A DNA stretch of 63,995 nucleotides, the filler included, from Aduncisulcus paluster (lineage: Eukaryota), in the NCBI GenBank assembly GCA_024181965.1. It is 5 parts of 5 records of this genome, joined end to end, with 100 filler letters (N's around TTAATTAATTAA, not from the genome) between each part and the next. Parts side by side here need not be neighbours in the genome. Positions count along the whole stretch, not along the records: positions 1 to 26,846 come from BQXS01009685.1; 4 more parts are not named here. One strand, given 5' to 3'. The notes under the pieces are model-generated. The model saw nothing but the letters and a program-made list of their open reading frames with translations, had not been told where the DNA came from and did no database searches. Both the position numbers and the translations under genes were made by a program. Positions 1 to 10,719 of the stretch are shown piece by piece (the stretch's first letter is position 1; each line of letters begins with the position of its first letter).

Positions 1-1
1 T

Positions 2-1486
2 ATCACACTCCATCTCAAGCCCTTCATCCTCATCGTCATCTTCGTCGATTATGATCACCTGAGAGCCGAACTCAGACGTCAGGTGGGACTGCTTGCTGAC
101 AGACATCGGCGTGGAGTAAGACGTTGACGAAGAGGTTGTCCTTGGCACAAACGCATCATCATCAAACTCGGACGAGCACATCGGTGTGGACTGTTCGCTG
201 GAGGAGAGTGGGAACTGGCGTGACACATCGGGCATCGACACAGTGCGATCCATGCGGTCAATGTCAAGGAAGGAGGACACATGGGGAGCCTTGTCAACAC
301 CAGGGATGAAGAACCCTTTCGGACGTGGATATTTGGTCTCATCGTGCTTGCGGAACCTCCTCGAGTCAAATGGATTCGAGGAGATCTTTGGTTTCAATTC
401 TTCGATGGCACTCTCGGGGATCACATACCGGAAGTCACGTTCCATCCCTTTGAAGAAACCATGGTACTGGATCTCTTCGCCACCGTGCATAGATCCAAGA
501 CGCTTGTGTGGATCCTTCTCGAGTAACCGTTTGATAAGATCCTTGGCCTCGACAGACACACTTGGATGCTTGGGAAATTTGATTTCGGTACGGCGACGAA
601 TATTGTTGATAATATCCTTCGTGGAGCTCGCAATGAACGGTGTGCGGCCATATAATAGTTCAAACATTAAGATACCTAATGTCCACCAGTCCACTGCCGA
701 TGTATATTCTTTACGAGCACACACTTCTGGGGCAAGATATTCGATTGTCCCAACAGTACTGCCAGTAGTAGCTGCAAATGGCAGAGCAGTAATTTTAACA
801 TCTTTTGTCTTTGTAAGAGAATCTGAAAGAGAGAATAATGGTTTTGAATGAGGAGTTTTAATGGTAAGAACGCTTGGTTTTGGAATATCATCTTCGGGAA
901 ATAATTTGGCCAAATCAAAATCAGTAAGACAAATATGACCATCTTTTTTAATCAAAATATTTTCCATCTTTAAATCTCTATAAATAATTCCCAATGAATG
1001 GAGATAATGAAGGGCAATAACACAATCAACCATTATTTTCTTCACGACCTTCTCAGGAACGGCACCATGCTTAAAATTTTCTTTAACAAAACGATACAAT
1101 TCACCACCAGGGTGGTATTCCATAATATAATAGAGAAAATCTTTATCATGAAATGTCGCAAATAAAGTAACGACAAAAGGGTGTCTCGCTGTGACTAATA
1201 TATTTCTTTCAGTCAAGGCTCTTCTAGTTTTGTTTCTACGAATTACATCTCGCTGACTGACAGCTTTTAATGAATACGCTCGTTGGTTATGAATATTTCT
1301 AACAAGATATACTCTTCCGACATCTCCAGCCCCTAAAAGAGTGATAATTTCAAAATCTTTGGCAGAAAGAGTTTGTCCTTTCGGGCACATGGTTTGTCTT
1401 TCCCGAATAGCCATTTCCGCTTCACCACGTGTTTTACGGGCGGCAATAGTACTACTCCCTGATGGAGAAGATACATGAGCTGACAT
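2..1486 (-). CDS. AGC-group Ser/Thr protein kinase of the DFD type (Kin82/Fpk1/NRC-2/plant AGCVIII-like); 3' end runs off the window
   Basis: Absent from the ORF track because there is no stop in the window. Manual translation from ATG at 1486 gives LGAGDVGRVYLV, RHPFVVTL, YRDLKMENIL, CLTDFDLAK, an activation-loop insert, VGTIEYLAPE, DWWTLGILMFELLYGRTPF and KDLIKRLLEKDPHKRLG. Confidence 0.9.
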   Translation of the reverse strand, partial: MSAHVSSPSGSSTIAARKTRGEAEMAIRERQTMCPKGQTLSAKDFEIITLLGAGDVGRVYLVRNIHNQRAYSLKAVSQRDVIRRNKTRRALTERNILVTARHPFVVTLFATFHDKDFLYYIMEYHPGGELYRFVKENFKHGAVPEKVVKKIMVDCVIALHYLHSLGIIYRDLKMENILIKKDGHICLTDFDLAKLFPEDDIPKPSVLTIKTPHSKPLFSLSDSLTKTKDVKITALPFAATTGSTVGTIEYLAPEVCARKEYTSAVDWWTLGILMFELLYGRTPFIASSTKDIINNIRRRTEIKFPKHPSVSVEAKDLIKRLLEKDPHKRLGSMHGGEEIQYHGFFKGMERDFRYVIPESAIEELKPKISSNPFDSRRFRKHDETKYPRPKGFFIPGVDKAPHVSSFLDIDRMDRTVSMPDVSRQFPLSSSEQSTPMCSSEFDDDAFVPRTTSSSTSYSTPMSVSKQSHLTSEFGSQVIIIDEDDDEDEGLEMECD

Positions 1487-1971
1487 AGAATTGTTTAATA
1501 CCCTTAAGCCGAGGAAAGGTAATCAAATCATTCAAAAAATATTTCTGCTTTCAAAAACCTATCTTTCAAAGCAGTTATTTTCAAAAAAATTATATACCAT
1601 TTGTTTTTATTGATTTTTTTATTGATTCTCCATTTTTGCAAATGCTAGTGAAAGTTGCATTTTTTGGCTGATGAACCCTCCAAAATAATTTCATTTGACG
1701 ATTTTCATTTGAAAATGCCATCAAACTATAAGAATATGATGTAAAGGAGCTGATTATATCCTCTTTCGAACATCATCAACCAGTGATTAGTTTGGCATCA
1801 TCAATAAAATAAGTAATAAAATGATGATATCACATGATTTATTCATTTATCATTAAATATTAGGCTGATTTAAGGGAGTCAATGATGGTTCATTGCGTAT
1901 ATAAATAGCGATGTGTGAGATGAACAACATCAATCAGATTGTCACTCAAGTTTTTGTTCCCAAGGGTCAAT

Positions 1972-4596
1972 ATGGTTGTTAAAACAATTGAAGATCTCTC
2001 TGAACTCTTATGTAAGATGGAAATAGCTCAGAAAGAGTTTGCTACCTTTTCTCAAGAGAAGGTTGACAAAATCTTTGCTGCTGCTGCTATTGCCGCCAAT
2101 GCTCAACGTGTTCCCCTTGCTATGGATGCCGTGAAAGAGACTCGTCTTGGTATTGTAGAGGATAAAGCCATTAAGAACAGTTTTGCTTCTGAATACGTTC
2201 TCAATTATTACCGTCACACTAAGACCTGTGGTGTTATTTCTGAGGACCCTGCCAATGGAACCATTACCATTGCTGAACCTCTTGGTATCATTGCTGGTAT
2301 TTTGCCAACAACTAACCCTACATCTACTTGTATCTTCAAGTCTTTGCTCTCTATCAAGACCAGAAATGCCATCATCTTCTCTCCCCATCCTCGTGCTAAG
2401 GAATGTTCTATCAAGGCTGCCAAGATAGTTCTTGAGGCTGCTGTTGCTGCTGGTGCCCCTGACCATATCATTGGTTGGATTGATGTTCCTTCCGTCCCCC
2501 TTTGTCAGGAACTCATGAAACACGATAAGATTTCCACCATTCTCGCTACTGGAGGAAAGGCTATGGTTGTCTCCGCTTACTCCAGTGGAAGACCTGCCAT
2601 CGGTGTTGGTCCTGGTTGTACTCCGGCTGTTGTCGATGAGACCGCCAATGTTAAACAGGCTGTTGCTTCCATCTTGATGTCTAAAGCTTTTGATAACGGT
2701 GTTGTTTGTGCTTCTGAGCAGGTTGCCCTTGTTCATGAAGATGTCTTCGACATGTTCGTTACTGAGGCTCAAAAACTCGGTGGTTACGTTCTTGATGATG
2801 AGCAAAGAGAGAAGGTTGAGCAATTGATGTTCCCTCCTCACCGTGAGACTGGTAAACGTGGTGCTTTGAACGTCGGTATTGTCGGTCAGAGAGCTATGGA
2901 AATCGCCAAGATGGCTGGTATTGAGGACAAGGCCTTGAACAAGGCTACAAAGGCTCTTATCGGTATCGTTGGTCAGGATGTTGAGAAGGAATGGTTCTGC
3001 CATGAAAAGCTTTCTCCCACTCTTGGTCTTGTTAAGGTTTCTTCCTACGAAGAGGGTCGTGACCTCGCCGCTCGTATTATCGAAGCTGGTGGTCTTGGTC
3101 ACACTGCTACTTTCTTCACTAGCCCCATTCAGAAGGATCGTATGATTGATTACGGAAAGACCATCAAGGTCGGACGTATCTTGATCAACTGTCCCGCTTC
3201 TCAGGGTGCCATTGGTGACTTGTGGTGCCGTTTGGCTCCTTCTCTTACCCTCCCCACTGGTTCCTGGGGTGGTTCTTCCCTTACTGCCAACCTTTCTGTC
3301 AACCATCTTATTAACACCAAGATTGTTGCCCAGAAGGTTGAGAACCCCTTGTGGTTCAGAAACCCCCCAAAGATCTTCTTCAAGCGTGGATGCACCATGC
3401 TCGCTGCTGAGGAAGTTCGTAACTGCAAGCGTGCTTTCATTGTTACCGATACTATGTTGGTCAAGCTTGGTATGGTTGAGAAACTCAGATCTTACTTCCA
3501 CAAATACGGCATTGCCACCCACGTTTACTCCGATGTTAAACCCGACCCCAAACTCTTCGAGATCATGAACGGTGTTAAAGCCATGCGTGAGTTCGGCCCT
3601 GACCTTGTTATCGGTTTCGGTGGTGGATCCCCTATGGATGCTGCCAAGATCATGCGTCTCTTATACGAGCATCCCGATGCTGACTTTAGAGCTATGGCCA
3701 TCACTTTCCTTGACATCAGGAAGAGGTCTTACCGTTTCCCCTCTCTCCTTGAGGACACCAAGACCAAGCTCATGTGTGTCTCCACCACCAGTGGTACCGG
3801 ATCTGAGGTCACTCCTTTCGCCGTTGTTACCGATGAGAAGACTGGAATCAAATATCCTCTTGCTGATTACGAGCTCACTCCTCAGATTGCTGTTGTTGAT
3901 GCTGACTTTGTCATGGACATGCCCCGTGGTCTTACTGCCGCCACTGGTATGGATGTTCTTACCCACGCCATCGAGAGTTACGTCTCTGTTATTGCTACTG
4001 AGTTCACCCAGCCCTACTCTCTCCAGGCTATCAAACTTATTTTCGACTACCTTCCTTCCAGTTACGAACATGGTGCCAAGGATCCCATTGCCCGTGAAAA
4101 GGTTCATAACGCTGCCGCTATTGCCGGTATGGCCTTTGCCTCTGGTTTCCTCGGTATCTGTCACTCTTTGGCTCACAAACTTGGTCAACAATATCACATT
4201 CCTCATGGTCTCGCCAACGCTTTGTTGCTCGTTCCCGTCATTAGATTCCAATGCACTGAGAACCCCACCAAGCAAGGTATTTTCCCTCAATATTTGTACC
4301 CTCAAGCCGTCCAACGTTATGCTGAGATTGCCAAGCATATCGGATGCACTGGAAAGGATGAGATGGAGCTTGTTGATGGTCTCTGCAAGAAGATTGTTGA
4401 GCTCAACTCCAAGGTTGGAATTCCCGAATACATTTCCCAACTCCGCACTCATCCATCCAGAGAGGAATACTTCAGTACTATCGAAGCCCTTGCTGTCGAT
4501 GCTTTCGACGACCAATGTACTGGTGCCTCCCCTACCTATCCTCTTATCGAAGAACTTTATGAAATCTACAAAAACCTTTACGAACCTCTCGAATGA
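1972..4596 (+). CDS. adhE: Bifunctional acetaldehyde-CoA/alcohol dehydrogenase AdhE (874 aa from the first ATG)
   Basis: N-terminus FATFSQEKVDKIF..GIVEDKAIKN; PTTNPTST; catalytic DNGVVCASEQ; Fe-ADH motifs GGGSPMDAAK, TTSGTGSEVT, DVLTHAIE, GICHSLAHKLG and HIPHGLAN; C-terminal AFDDQCTG. Strong codon bias. Confidence 0.97.
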   Translation: MVVKTIEDLSELLCKMEIAQKEFATFSQEKVDKIFAAAAIAANAQRVPLAMDAVKETRLGIVEDKAIKNSFASEYVLNYYRHTKTCGVISEDPANGTITIAEPLGIIAGILPTTNPTSTCIFKSLLSIKTRNAIIFSPHPRAKECSIKAAKIVLEAAVAAGAPDHIIGWIDVPSVPLCQELMKHDKISTILATGGKAMVVSAYSSGRPAIGVGPGCTPAVVDETANVKQAVASILMSKAFDNGVVCASEQVALVHEDVFDMFVTEAQKLGGYVLDDEQREKVEQLMFPPHRETGKRGALNVGIVGQRAMEIAKMAGIEDKALNKATKALIGIVGQDVEKEWFCHEKLSPTLGLVKVSSYEEGRDLAARIIEAGGLGHTATFFTSPIQKDRMIDYGKTIKVGRILINCPASQGAIGDLWCRLAPSLTLPTGSWGGSSLTANLSVNHLINTKIVAQKVENPLWFRNPPKIFFKRGCTMLAAEEVRNCKRAFIVTDTMLVKLGMVEKLRSYFHKYGIATHVYSDVKPDPKLFEIMNGVKAMREFGPDLVIGFGGGSPMDAAKIMRLLYEHPDADFRAMAITFLDIRKRSYRFPSLLEDTKTKLMCVSTTSGTGSEVTPFAVVTDEKTGIKYPLADYELTPQIAVVDADFVMDMPRGLTAATGMDVLTHAIESYVSVIATEFTQPYSLQAIKLIFDYLPSSYEHGAKDPIAREKVHNAAAIAGMAFASGFLGICHSLAHKLGQQYHIPHGLANALLLVPVIRFQCTENPTKQGIFPQYLYPQAVQRYAEIAKHIGCTGKDEMELVDGLCKKIVELNSKVGIPEYISQLRTHPSREEYFSTIEALAVDAFDDQCTGASPTYPLIEELYEIYKNLYEPLE

Positions 4597-4743
4597 ATCT
4601 TTACTTGTTTCTCTTTCTTAAAATCATTAAATAAATAAATGAATTCTTCTACAAAGATTGATCAAAAGTTCAAAAAAAAAAAATGTTGGTCAGATTTCGA
4701 GTTTTGAAAATAGCTAATTTATTCAGAATAAGGTAGATTCCTT

Positions 4744-5604
4744 CTATTTTGTAGAGACAATCTTCTCTAAATCTTCAAGATATTCAGTTATATTGGCTAA
4801 TTTTGCATCTATAGTATCTACTCTCACTTCACGCTTGATATGAGTCTTATTCAACATGGTTTTATACATATTATTGATGGCAAGTATTGCTTCGCTCTCT
4901 GTTTTACATGTTTCGAATGCTCTATCCTCTATTCCAGCTAACTTCCTCTCAACAACAGCTCTTTGAAGGATTGACTCTTCCCTAGCGTGACGAGCAGATG
5001 AAACGGCATTGGAGAGTTTTAACGCTTCAGTCCGCTCTTTTCTCTCTATTAAATCAAGTTTACCTCTCTCAACAATCACTTCAGCTCTATTCTTATCCAT
5101 TTGTTCTTTCAATTTCTTATTGGCAAGCTCTAAAGCGTGTATTCTTGTAATAAATTCATCTATTGAGGAAAAGTGAGCAGCACAATCAAGAACTGATCTT
5201 AAAAACCCTTCATATTTTGACAATTTCATTGTGATGTTTGATAATGTTGAGGCTTCCTCTCCTTTTTTTTGAATACGTTTTTTAAGCTCAATAATTTCTT
5301 TTTCTAAAGATTTTGATACCTTTTCTTCTTCTTTGGCCCGCTTTTCTGCCCTTGTAATCTTAATTTTGCTATCATCGATGAACTTCTGAAATCTATCCTT
5401 TTGAGCCTGTTGTTTTGTCCTTCTTTGGTCTAAAATCATTTCTTTATGATCATGTTTTTTCTGAATATAAAAGAATTCTTCTTTTTTCTCCCTTAATTGG
5501 TCTTCGACGGATACAAGTTCTCGTTTATGTTGTAATAAGATTGTTGTGTCGCTAATTCCGGTTTCTTCAGGCCCACCGCCTGCTCCTGAAATAAAACTAT
5601 ACAT
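4744..5604 (-). CDS. Coiled-coil flagellar protein, CCDC42/CFAP73 (DUF4200)-like
   Basis: TILLQHKRELVSVEDQLREKKEEF...RFQKFIDDSKIKITRAEKRAKEE...LSKYEGFLRSVL matches the DUF4200 pattern. The first true ATG is at 5604; the track start at 5637 is TTG. Confidence 0.7.
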   Translation of the reverse strand: MYSFISGAGGGPEETGISDTTILLQHKRELVSVEDQLREKKEEFFYIQKKHDHKEMILDQRRTKQQAQKDRFQKFIDDSKIKITRAEKRAKEEEKVSKSLEKEIIELKKRIQKKGEEASTLSNITMKLSKYEGFLRSVLDCAAHFSSIDEFITRIHALELANKKLKEQMDKNRAEVIVERGKLDLIERKERTEALKLSNAVSSARHAREESILQRAVVERKLAGIEDRAFETCKTESEAILAINNMYKTMLNKTHIKREVRVDTIDAKLANITEYLEDLEKIVSTK

Positions 5605-5804
5605 AATATTTTCTGAAGTATGAACAATGGTGTCCAAAAATATAATAGCCTCGAATTTTGGTCTCTAAAGAGACTATCGTGCAATATATGAAGAATTATT
5701 TGATGTCATTATCGTAGAAAATGCACGAATACAAAATAAATTATTCGGAAAAACGTATATCTTTACTATTGAACAGGTTAAACTTGAAATAACGAACACG
5801 CTAA

Positions 5805-7247
5805 TTATCCACCGAATAACATCATTAGTGTTGAATCGACAGCTGATCCATCTCCAACTGATGGAATAATATCTTGTTCTTTAATTGATTGCAACAATCC
5901 GGATGACATTCCACCATCAAGGATTGGACAAACAGTAACAAGTAATTCAAAGTCTGCATACCGTCTATACACGGGTTCATGGCCCTTTGTGCTCAAGAGA
6001 GCGCATATACTTCCCGGATCTATTCCAGCATCTGAGAATACAGAAGGTGGGATTTCACAATGCAATATACCATCATGTTTGACAATTGGAACAGGAGTGG
6101 TCAGCATAGCGACATTGATCTCTTTGGTTGGTTTGCCCTCAACAATGCAGTCAAGGTCTGATCTGATCAACATGGGATTATCATCCAACAAACTCAGGAA
6201 TTCATGTCTCGCAAGACCAACTGCTTGTTCACTTCCTTGAAAACACTCAAACTCAACATCTCCAGCCTCACGAATTGTCAACCCATTATCAAGGGCAACA
6301 GCTACCATTTCTTCATCAGGAGTGGACACAGATATGAATACGCATCTGGGATCATGTTTAGCCTGTTTCCTAGCACATTCAAGGATCTCGCTATCATAGA
6401 CCGGACTGTGACGGATAGGGTGTGTTACGAGGATACCAACTTGACGCAATCCAAGCATTCCAGCAACCATATTGGCAGTCTCATCCCTATCTGATATATC
6501 ATGAAGACGGACACCACCTTCTGGCGTGTAGGATTGAGCTGGGAAGTGAAGAGCCTCAACTGTGGCTGTACCATCAGCATCGTTGAACTTTCCAAAAACC
6601 CATGCAAAAACATGTTTAGTGTATTTTTTCCTCTGGAGATGTTGAATAAGGAAGAGAGATACATTATTTGAAACAGAAACTGAAGTCGTAATCGGTTGAT
6701 CTTGATGGGAAATGGGTAATTTACATCGTGCCTCGAAAGAAAACATTCCTAAATCCTTGGTCCCTTTACCAAAAATACCATCAGGACAACCTTTCTTCTG
6801 TAATTTTACAATATCATCAACTTCTTTTCCAACACTTTGGATTAAATTCGAGCCAGCCTCACGCATCCTCGCTTCCCACCAAGAAATGGGTTCTTCTTTC
6901 TTCTCCTCTTTTTCTAACTCCTCAAGTCTATGGGATTTGCCATCATCAATTCCATTGTTTTTGATAACAGGTTTATAACTCTTTTCCAAGGAAGAAAACA
7001 CCTCGGCACGTGCTTCTTTGGTGGGTTTAAGAAATAGCATTTGGCCATGCTCAAGCCCAAATTTAGTTATAGAAGATTTGGGATTTCCAGTAAGAACCTT
7101 TTTAAATCCAGGATCAAAATAAAGACGGAAATCACGACGACTAATTTTACAAGTGGCTTCAACAGCCTTAATCAAATCAATGGCGGGTTGTTTAGGATCT
7201 AATGTGATCCTTTTGGTTCCATCTATTGCCCTGATACGAATTATCAT
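5805..7247 (-). CDS. NPL4: NPL4-like Cdc48/p97 cofactor (N-terminal ubiquitin-like domain + MPN-like domain)
   Basis: N-terminus MIIRIRAIDGTKRI and GLEHGQMLFL (UBL); FAWVFGKF..VEALHFPAQ and LGLRQVGILVTH (NPL4 MPN-like core); VEFECFQGSEQAV. Confidence 0.8.
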   Translation of the reverse strand: MIIRIRAIDGTKRITLDPKQPAIDLIKAVEATCKISRRDFRLYFDPGFKKVLTGNPKSSITKFGLEHGQMLFLKPTKEARAEVFSSLEKSYKPVIKNNGIDDGKSHRLEELEKEEKKEEPISWWEARMREAGSNLIQSVGKEVDDIVKLQKKGCPDGIFGKGTKDLGMFSFEARCKLPISHQDQPITTSVSVSNNVSLFLIQHLQRKKYTKHVFAWVFGKFNDADGTATVEALHFPAQSYTPEGGVRLHDISDRDETANMVAGMLGLRQVGILVTHPIRHSPVYDSEILECARKQAKHDPRCVFISVSTPDEEMVAVALDNGLTIREAGDVEFECFQGSEQAVGLARHEFLSLLDDNPMLIRSDLDCIVEGKPTKEINVAMLTTPVPIVKHDGILHCEIPPSVFSDAGIDPGSICALLSTKGHEPVYRRYADFELLVTVCPILDGGMSSGLLQSIKEQDIIPSVGDGSAVDSTLMMLFGG

Positions 7248-7560
7248 TCACGATTTGTTGCCAAATGAAAGAAAATCATGTAACGCTCGATCTATTAACA
7301 ACTGCATTATTTGTGAAGTGAATATTGGATTAAAATTCATTTTTATGGAAAACCTATAATATTAAAGTATTCAAATTGGTTGTCATTTTCTCGAATCACT
7401 TCCCGTGATTCTGTCAAACATGGTTTCCGCTTTGTGAGATTTGCATAATGCAGATATTTGTTATTAAAAGCGGATAAATTATAGAATTTGACATTTCTTT
7501 TTTTTTCTTTTTTTGTGGGTGATTATTTTTGACGATATCTTGGTTTTTTTGCTAGAACTA

Positions 7561-9003
7561 ATGCATCCAACGGCTACTGCGCACATCCCTGCTGTTCCCA
7601 TTAAGCCTGATATTTATTGGGTCGGGGGTATTGATCAAGATATCAGAAGTTTCCACGGTTACGAGACTCGTGATGGTTCTTCTTATAATGCTTATTTTAT
7701 AAAGGATGAATGTCCTACATTGATAGATACCGTAAAACCTAAATTTGCTGGAGAACTCCTTGAGCGAGTTAAGAGCATCACTCCATTGGAAGAGGTTAAA
7801 TATGTCGTCTCCAATCATGCTGAATTTGACCATGCTGGCGCAATGCCGATTGTCATGGACAACTTGCCTCGTGACACAAAGATTGTCACTACCAAGAAAT
7901 GTGCTGATACACTTGTTAGGAATTATCCTGAATTGGAGAAATGTGATTTCAAGTTAGTGAAGTCTAAAGGAAAGATGAGTATTGGAAAGCATGAACTTTC
8001 ATTCATTACAACTCCCTTTGTTCACTGGCCTGAGAGTTTGATGACCTATACTGATGGAGTTTTGTTCTCAATGGACGCTTTTGGTCAACACCTTGCTTCT
8101 GATAAACGCTTTGATGATGAGATGGGCTGGGAGAAGGTGAAAGAAGCGGCTATTGAATATTATGCCAATATTGTCGCTCTTTATAGGCCTCAGACTGCCC
8201 GTGCTCTCAAGCAAGCCGCTACTCTTGGTCCCATCGATACTCTTTGTTGTTCCCATGGTATGATTATTCGTTCCCACGTATCTGACATGCTTGCTCTATA
8301 CACTTCCATTGCTGATGGATCCATAACCAAACCCAAGGTTACAGTTGTCTATGATACTTTTTATCACGCAACCGAATCTATGGCTAGGGCTGTCGAAGAA
8401 GGCGTCAGAAGTGTTGGTTGTGACGTTGAAAGATTGAACGCCTCTGTTGCTGGCACTACCTCNNNNNNNNNNNNNNNNNNNNACGTATCTGACATGCTTG
8501 CTCTATACACTTCCATTGCTGATGGATCCATAACCAAACCCAAGGTTACAGTTGTCTATGATACTTTTTATCACGCAACCGAATCTATGGCTAGGGCTGT
8601 CGAAGAAGGCGTCAGAAGTGTTGGTTGTGACGTTGAAAGATTGAACGCCTCTGTTGCTGGCACTACCTCAGTCGCACGCCATTGCTTCGATTCAAAGGTA
8701 ACTGCTTGGGGAACCCCTACCCTGAATGGTGGAATGCATCCTGACATTGCTGGAGTTCTCCACTATGCCAAAGGATTAAAATTACTCGAAAAGAAGCCTG
8801 GTGCCGTATTTGGATCATATGGATGGGGTCCCGGAGGGACTTCTACTCTTGCAGCTCAATTGGAAGAGAGTGGAAGCACTCTTGTGTGCGATCCGGTCTC
8901 AATGCAGTGGAGACCTACAGAGGAAAAGCTCAAAGAGTGTTTCGATTTAGGGAAGAGATTAGGAAATATCGCATTAGAGAAGGAAAAGTTTGAAATCAAG
9001 TAG
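7561..9003 (+). CDS. fprA: Class A flavodiiron protein (A-type flavoprotein, O2/NO reductase), ~411 aa after removing the gap duplication
   Basis: DIYWVG, FHGY, SYNAY, LIDTV, NHAEFDHAG, HWPES, SMDAFGQH and SHG diiron motifs; flavodoxin domain VVYDTFYHATESMA, GTPTLN and FGSYGWG. 8276-8462 is repeated at 8483-8669 around a 20-N gap. Confidence 0.93.
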   Translation: MHPTATAHIPAVPIKPDIYWVGGIDQDIRSFHGYETRDGSSYNAYFIKDECPTLIDTVKPKFAGELLERVKSITPLEEVKYVVSNHAEFDHAGAMPIVMDNLPRDTKIVTTKKCADTLVRNYPELEKCDFKLVKSKGKMSIGKHELSFITTPFVHWPESLMTYTDGVLFSMDAFGQHLASDKRFDDEMGWEKVKEAAIEYYANIVALYRPQTARALKQAATLGPIDTLCCSHGMIIRSHVSDMLALYTSIADGSITKPKVTVVYDTFYHATESMARAVEEGVRSVGCDVERLNASVAGTTXXXXXXXXVSDMLALYTSIADGSITKPKVTVVYDTFYHATESMARAVEEGVRSVGCDVERLNASVAGTTSVARHCFDSKVTAWGTPTLNGGMHPDIAGVLHYAKGLKLLEKKPGAVFGSYGWGPGGTSTLAAQLEESGSTLVCDPVSMQWRPTEEKLKECFDLGKRLGNIALEKEKFEIK

Positions 9004-9198
9004 GATATTTTCATGAATATGGATTGACCTTATTGTTGATCTTTTGTGGCCTTTTATAATTATAATTTACGTATTTACATGGTATAAGATGATTTTTTCA
9101 ATAAATTTCAATGTTTTATTATCTCAACGTCCTCCAGACAACATTTCGTTTTCTTTGTGTAGTCAGGAACTCTTTGAAGTCGAATCCTTTGAATTCTA

Positions 9199-10719
9199 AT
9201 GTTATCTGGAAAACAAGTAAGTTTTATTTGTTCTATCTTTTGTATAATTTGCTTTCTAGAATGGTAAATTTCTAACTTTATATATAGCCTGTTCAAGTGC
9301 TAATTTCAAGCTCACATGATCCTCTCTGGAATTTAGCCATTGAAGATTGGATTTTTAAGCACTGTGATCCGAGAATAGATACCCTTTATCTGTGGAGAAA
9401 CACTCCCGTTGTTGTGATTGGAAAACATCAAAATGCGTTTGCTGAGTGTCGTCTCGATAAAATGAAGGAGGAAGGTGTAACGTTAGCACGTCGTCAAACC
9501 GGTGGTGGGGCTGTTTATCAAGATCTTGGAAATACGAATTTTACCTTTCTCACTCCTAAGTCCCAATTCTCAAAAGAACGGAATATGGANNNNNNNNNNN
9601 NNNNNNNNNGTTGTTGTGATTGGAAAACATCAAAATGCGTTTGCTGAGTGTCGTCTCGATAAAATGAAGGAGGAAGGTGTAACGTTAGCACGTCGTCAAA
9701 CCGGTGGTGGGGCTGTTTATCAAGATCTTGGAAATACGAATTTTACCTTTCTCACTCCTAAGTCCCAATTCTCAAAAGAACGGAATATGGAGGTTGTCAT
9801 TGATGCTCTATCTCATTTGGGAATATCTGGGGCTGAAGCTTCTGGAAGAAATGACCTTCTTGTTGATGGAAAGAAAGTGAGCGGAAGTGCATATCGTCTT
9901 GGTCAAAAGGCATGTTTTCATCATGGAACAATGATGCGAGACGTTGATATGAGCAATCTTGGCCGTCTATTGACACCAAATGCCCTTAAGTTACGTTCGA
10001 AAGGAGTGAAATCTGTTCGTGCTCGTGTTGGTAATTTGATGGATTTTATGCACGCAGACAGTCGTTCTGAACTCACTCACTCGACTCTTTGTGAATCATT
10101 CACAAGATCTTTCCTCAAAAGTCGTGGATTGGACGATATTAGTGAGTGTTCTGCTGCTGCTCTTGAACGAGGGATTGTGCAGGTGGTTGGGGATCGTATT
10201 CCTCATCCAGATGGTGTAGATACTCAGTCTAAATATAGCACTGAGAAACATGCTGCTGATGGTGATTGTTTCGGCCATGGGGGATGTCCTTCCCTTTTGA
10301 CGATTTCCCCAGAACTCACCGATATTTACTCTCTATATTCTTCTGATAAGTGGGTATTTGGCAAAGAACCATCATGCACGGGTGTATGGGAACACAAATT
10401 CCCATGGGGTCTCGTTAGTTTGCATGGAGATATCAAGAGACGGTGTGTTTGTGGTTCAAGTCTTGAAGTCTCTTCATCTTCCTTGAGCATGGTTCTGACT
10501 CATTTCTTCAGTGATGCTTTGTCTCCACAGTTCATTGATTGTGTTAAGGATAAGCTCTGTGCAGTTCCTATATGTTTGGATTGTTTTGATCAGAAGAGGA
10601 CAGAGATTGTCGAGTATTGTGTCTGTGAATGTGGTGACCATGTCCGGGAGATGGCTAACGACTTGATGACATGGCTTAAAACGCAAATGGTTCACATCAA
10701 AACCTTGGGAGGAATCTGA
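9199..10719 (+). CDS. lplA: Lipoate-protein ligase A; join(9199..9216,9288..10719), ~415 aa after removing the gap duplication
   Basis: NLAIED, LYLWRNTPVVVIGKHQN, RRQTGGGAVYQDLGNTNFTF, GRNDLLVDGKKVSGSAY, HHGTM and SKGVKSVRARV motifs. The ATG is supplied by a short exon (MLSGKQ) across a GT-AG intron. 9408-9589 is duplicated at 9610-9791. Confidence 0.92.
9217..9287 (+). other. Spliceosomal intron (71 nt) in lplA
   Basis: GTAAGT donor, TCTAAC branch point at 9271-9276, TAG acceptor. Splicing joins MLSGKQ in phase 0 to PVQVLISSSHDP. An in-frame TGA lies upstream of the ATG. Confidence 0.85.

Noticed and set aside
186-851. 221-aa plus-strand ORF
   Set aside because: Antisense shadow of the minus-strand kinase.
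2008-4515. Long antisense and alternative-frame ORFs over adhE (504, 349 and 284 aa)
   Set aside because: Shadow ORFs caused by strong codon bias; no protein-like motifs.
8276-8669. Direct repeats flanking 20-N gaps (also at 9590, 34641, 37544, 39833, 46630, 52153)
   Set aside because: Overlapping contig ends left unmerged by the scaffolder; not biological duplications or pseudogenes.
1972-10719. Alternative genetic code (TAA/TAG read as Gln, as in hexamitid diplomonads)
   Set aside because: Conserved genes end at TGA (adhE), TAG (FDP) and TAA (NPL4) at the expected lengths, with no internal stops.
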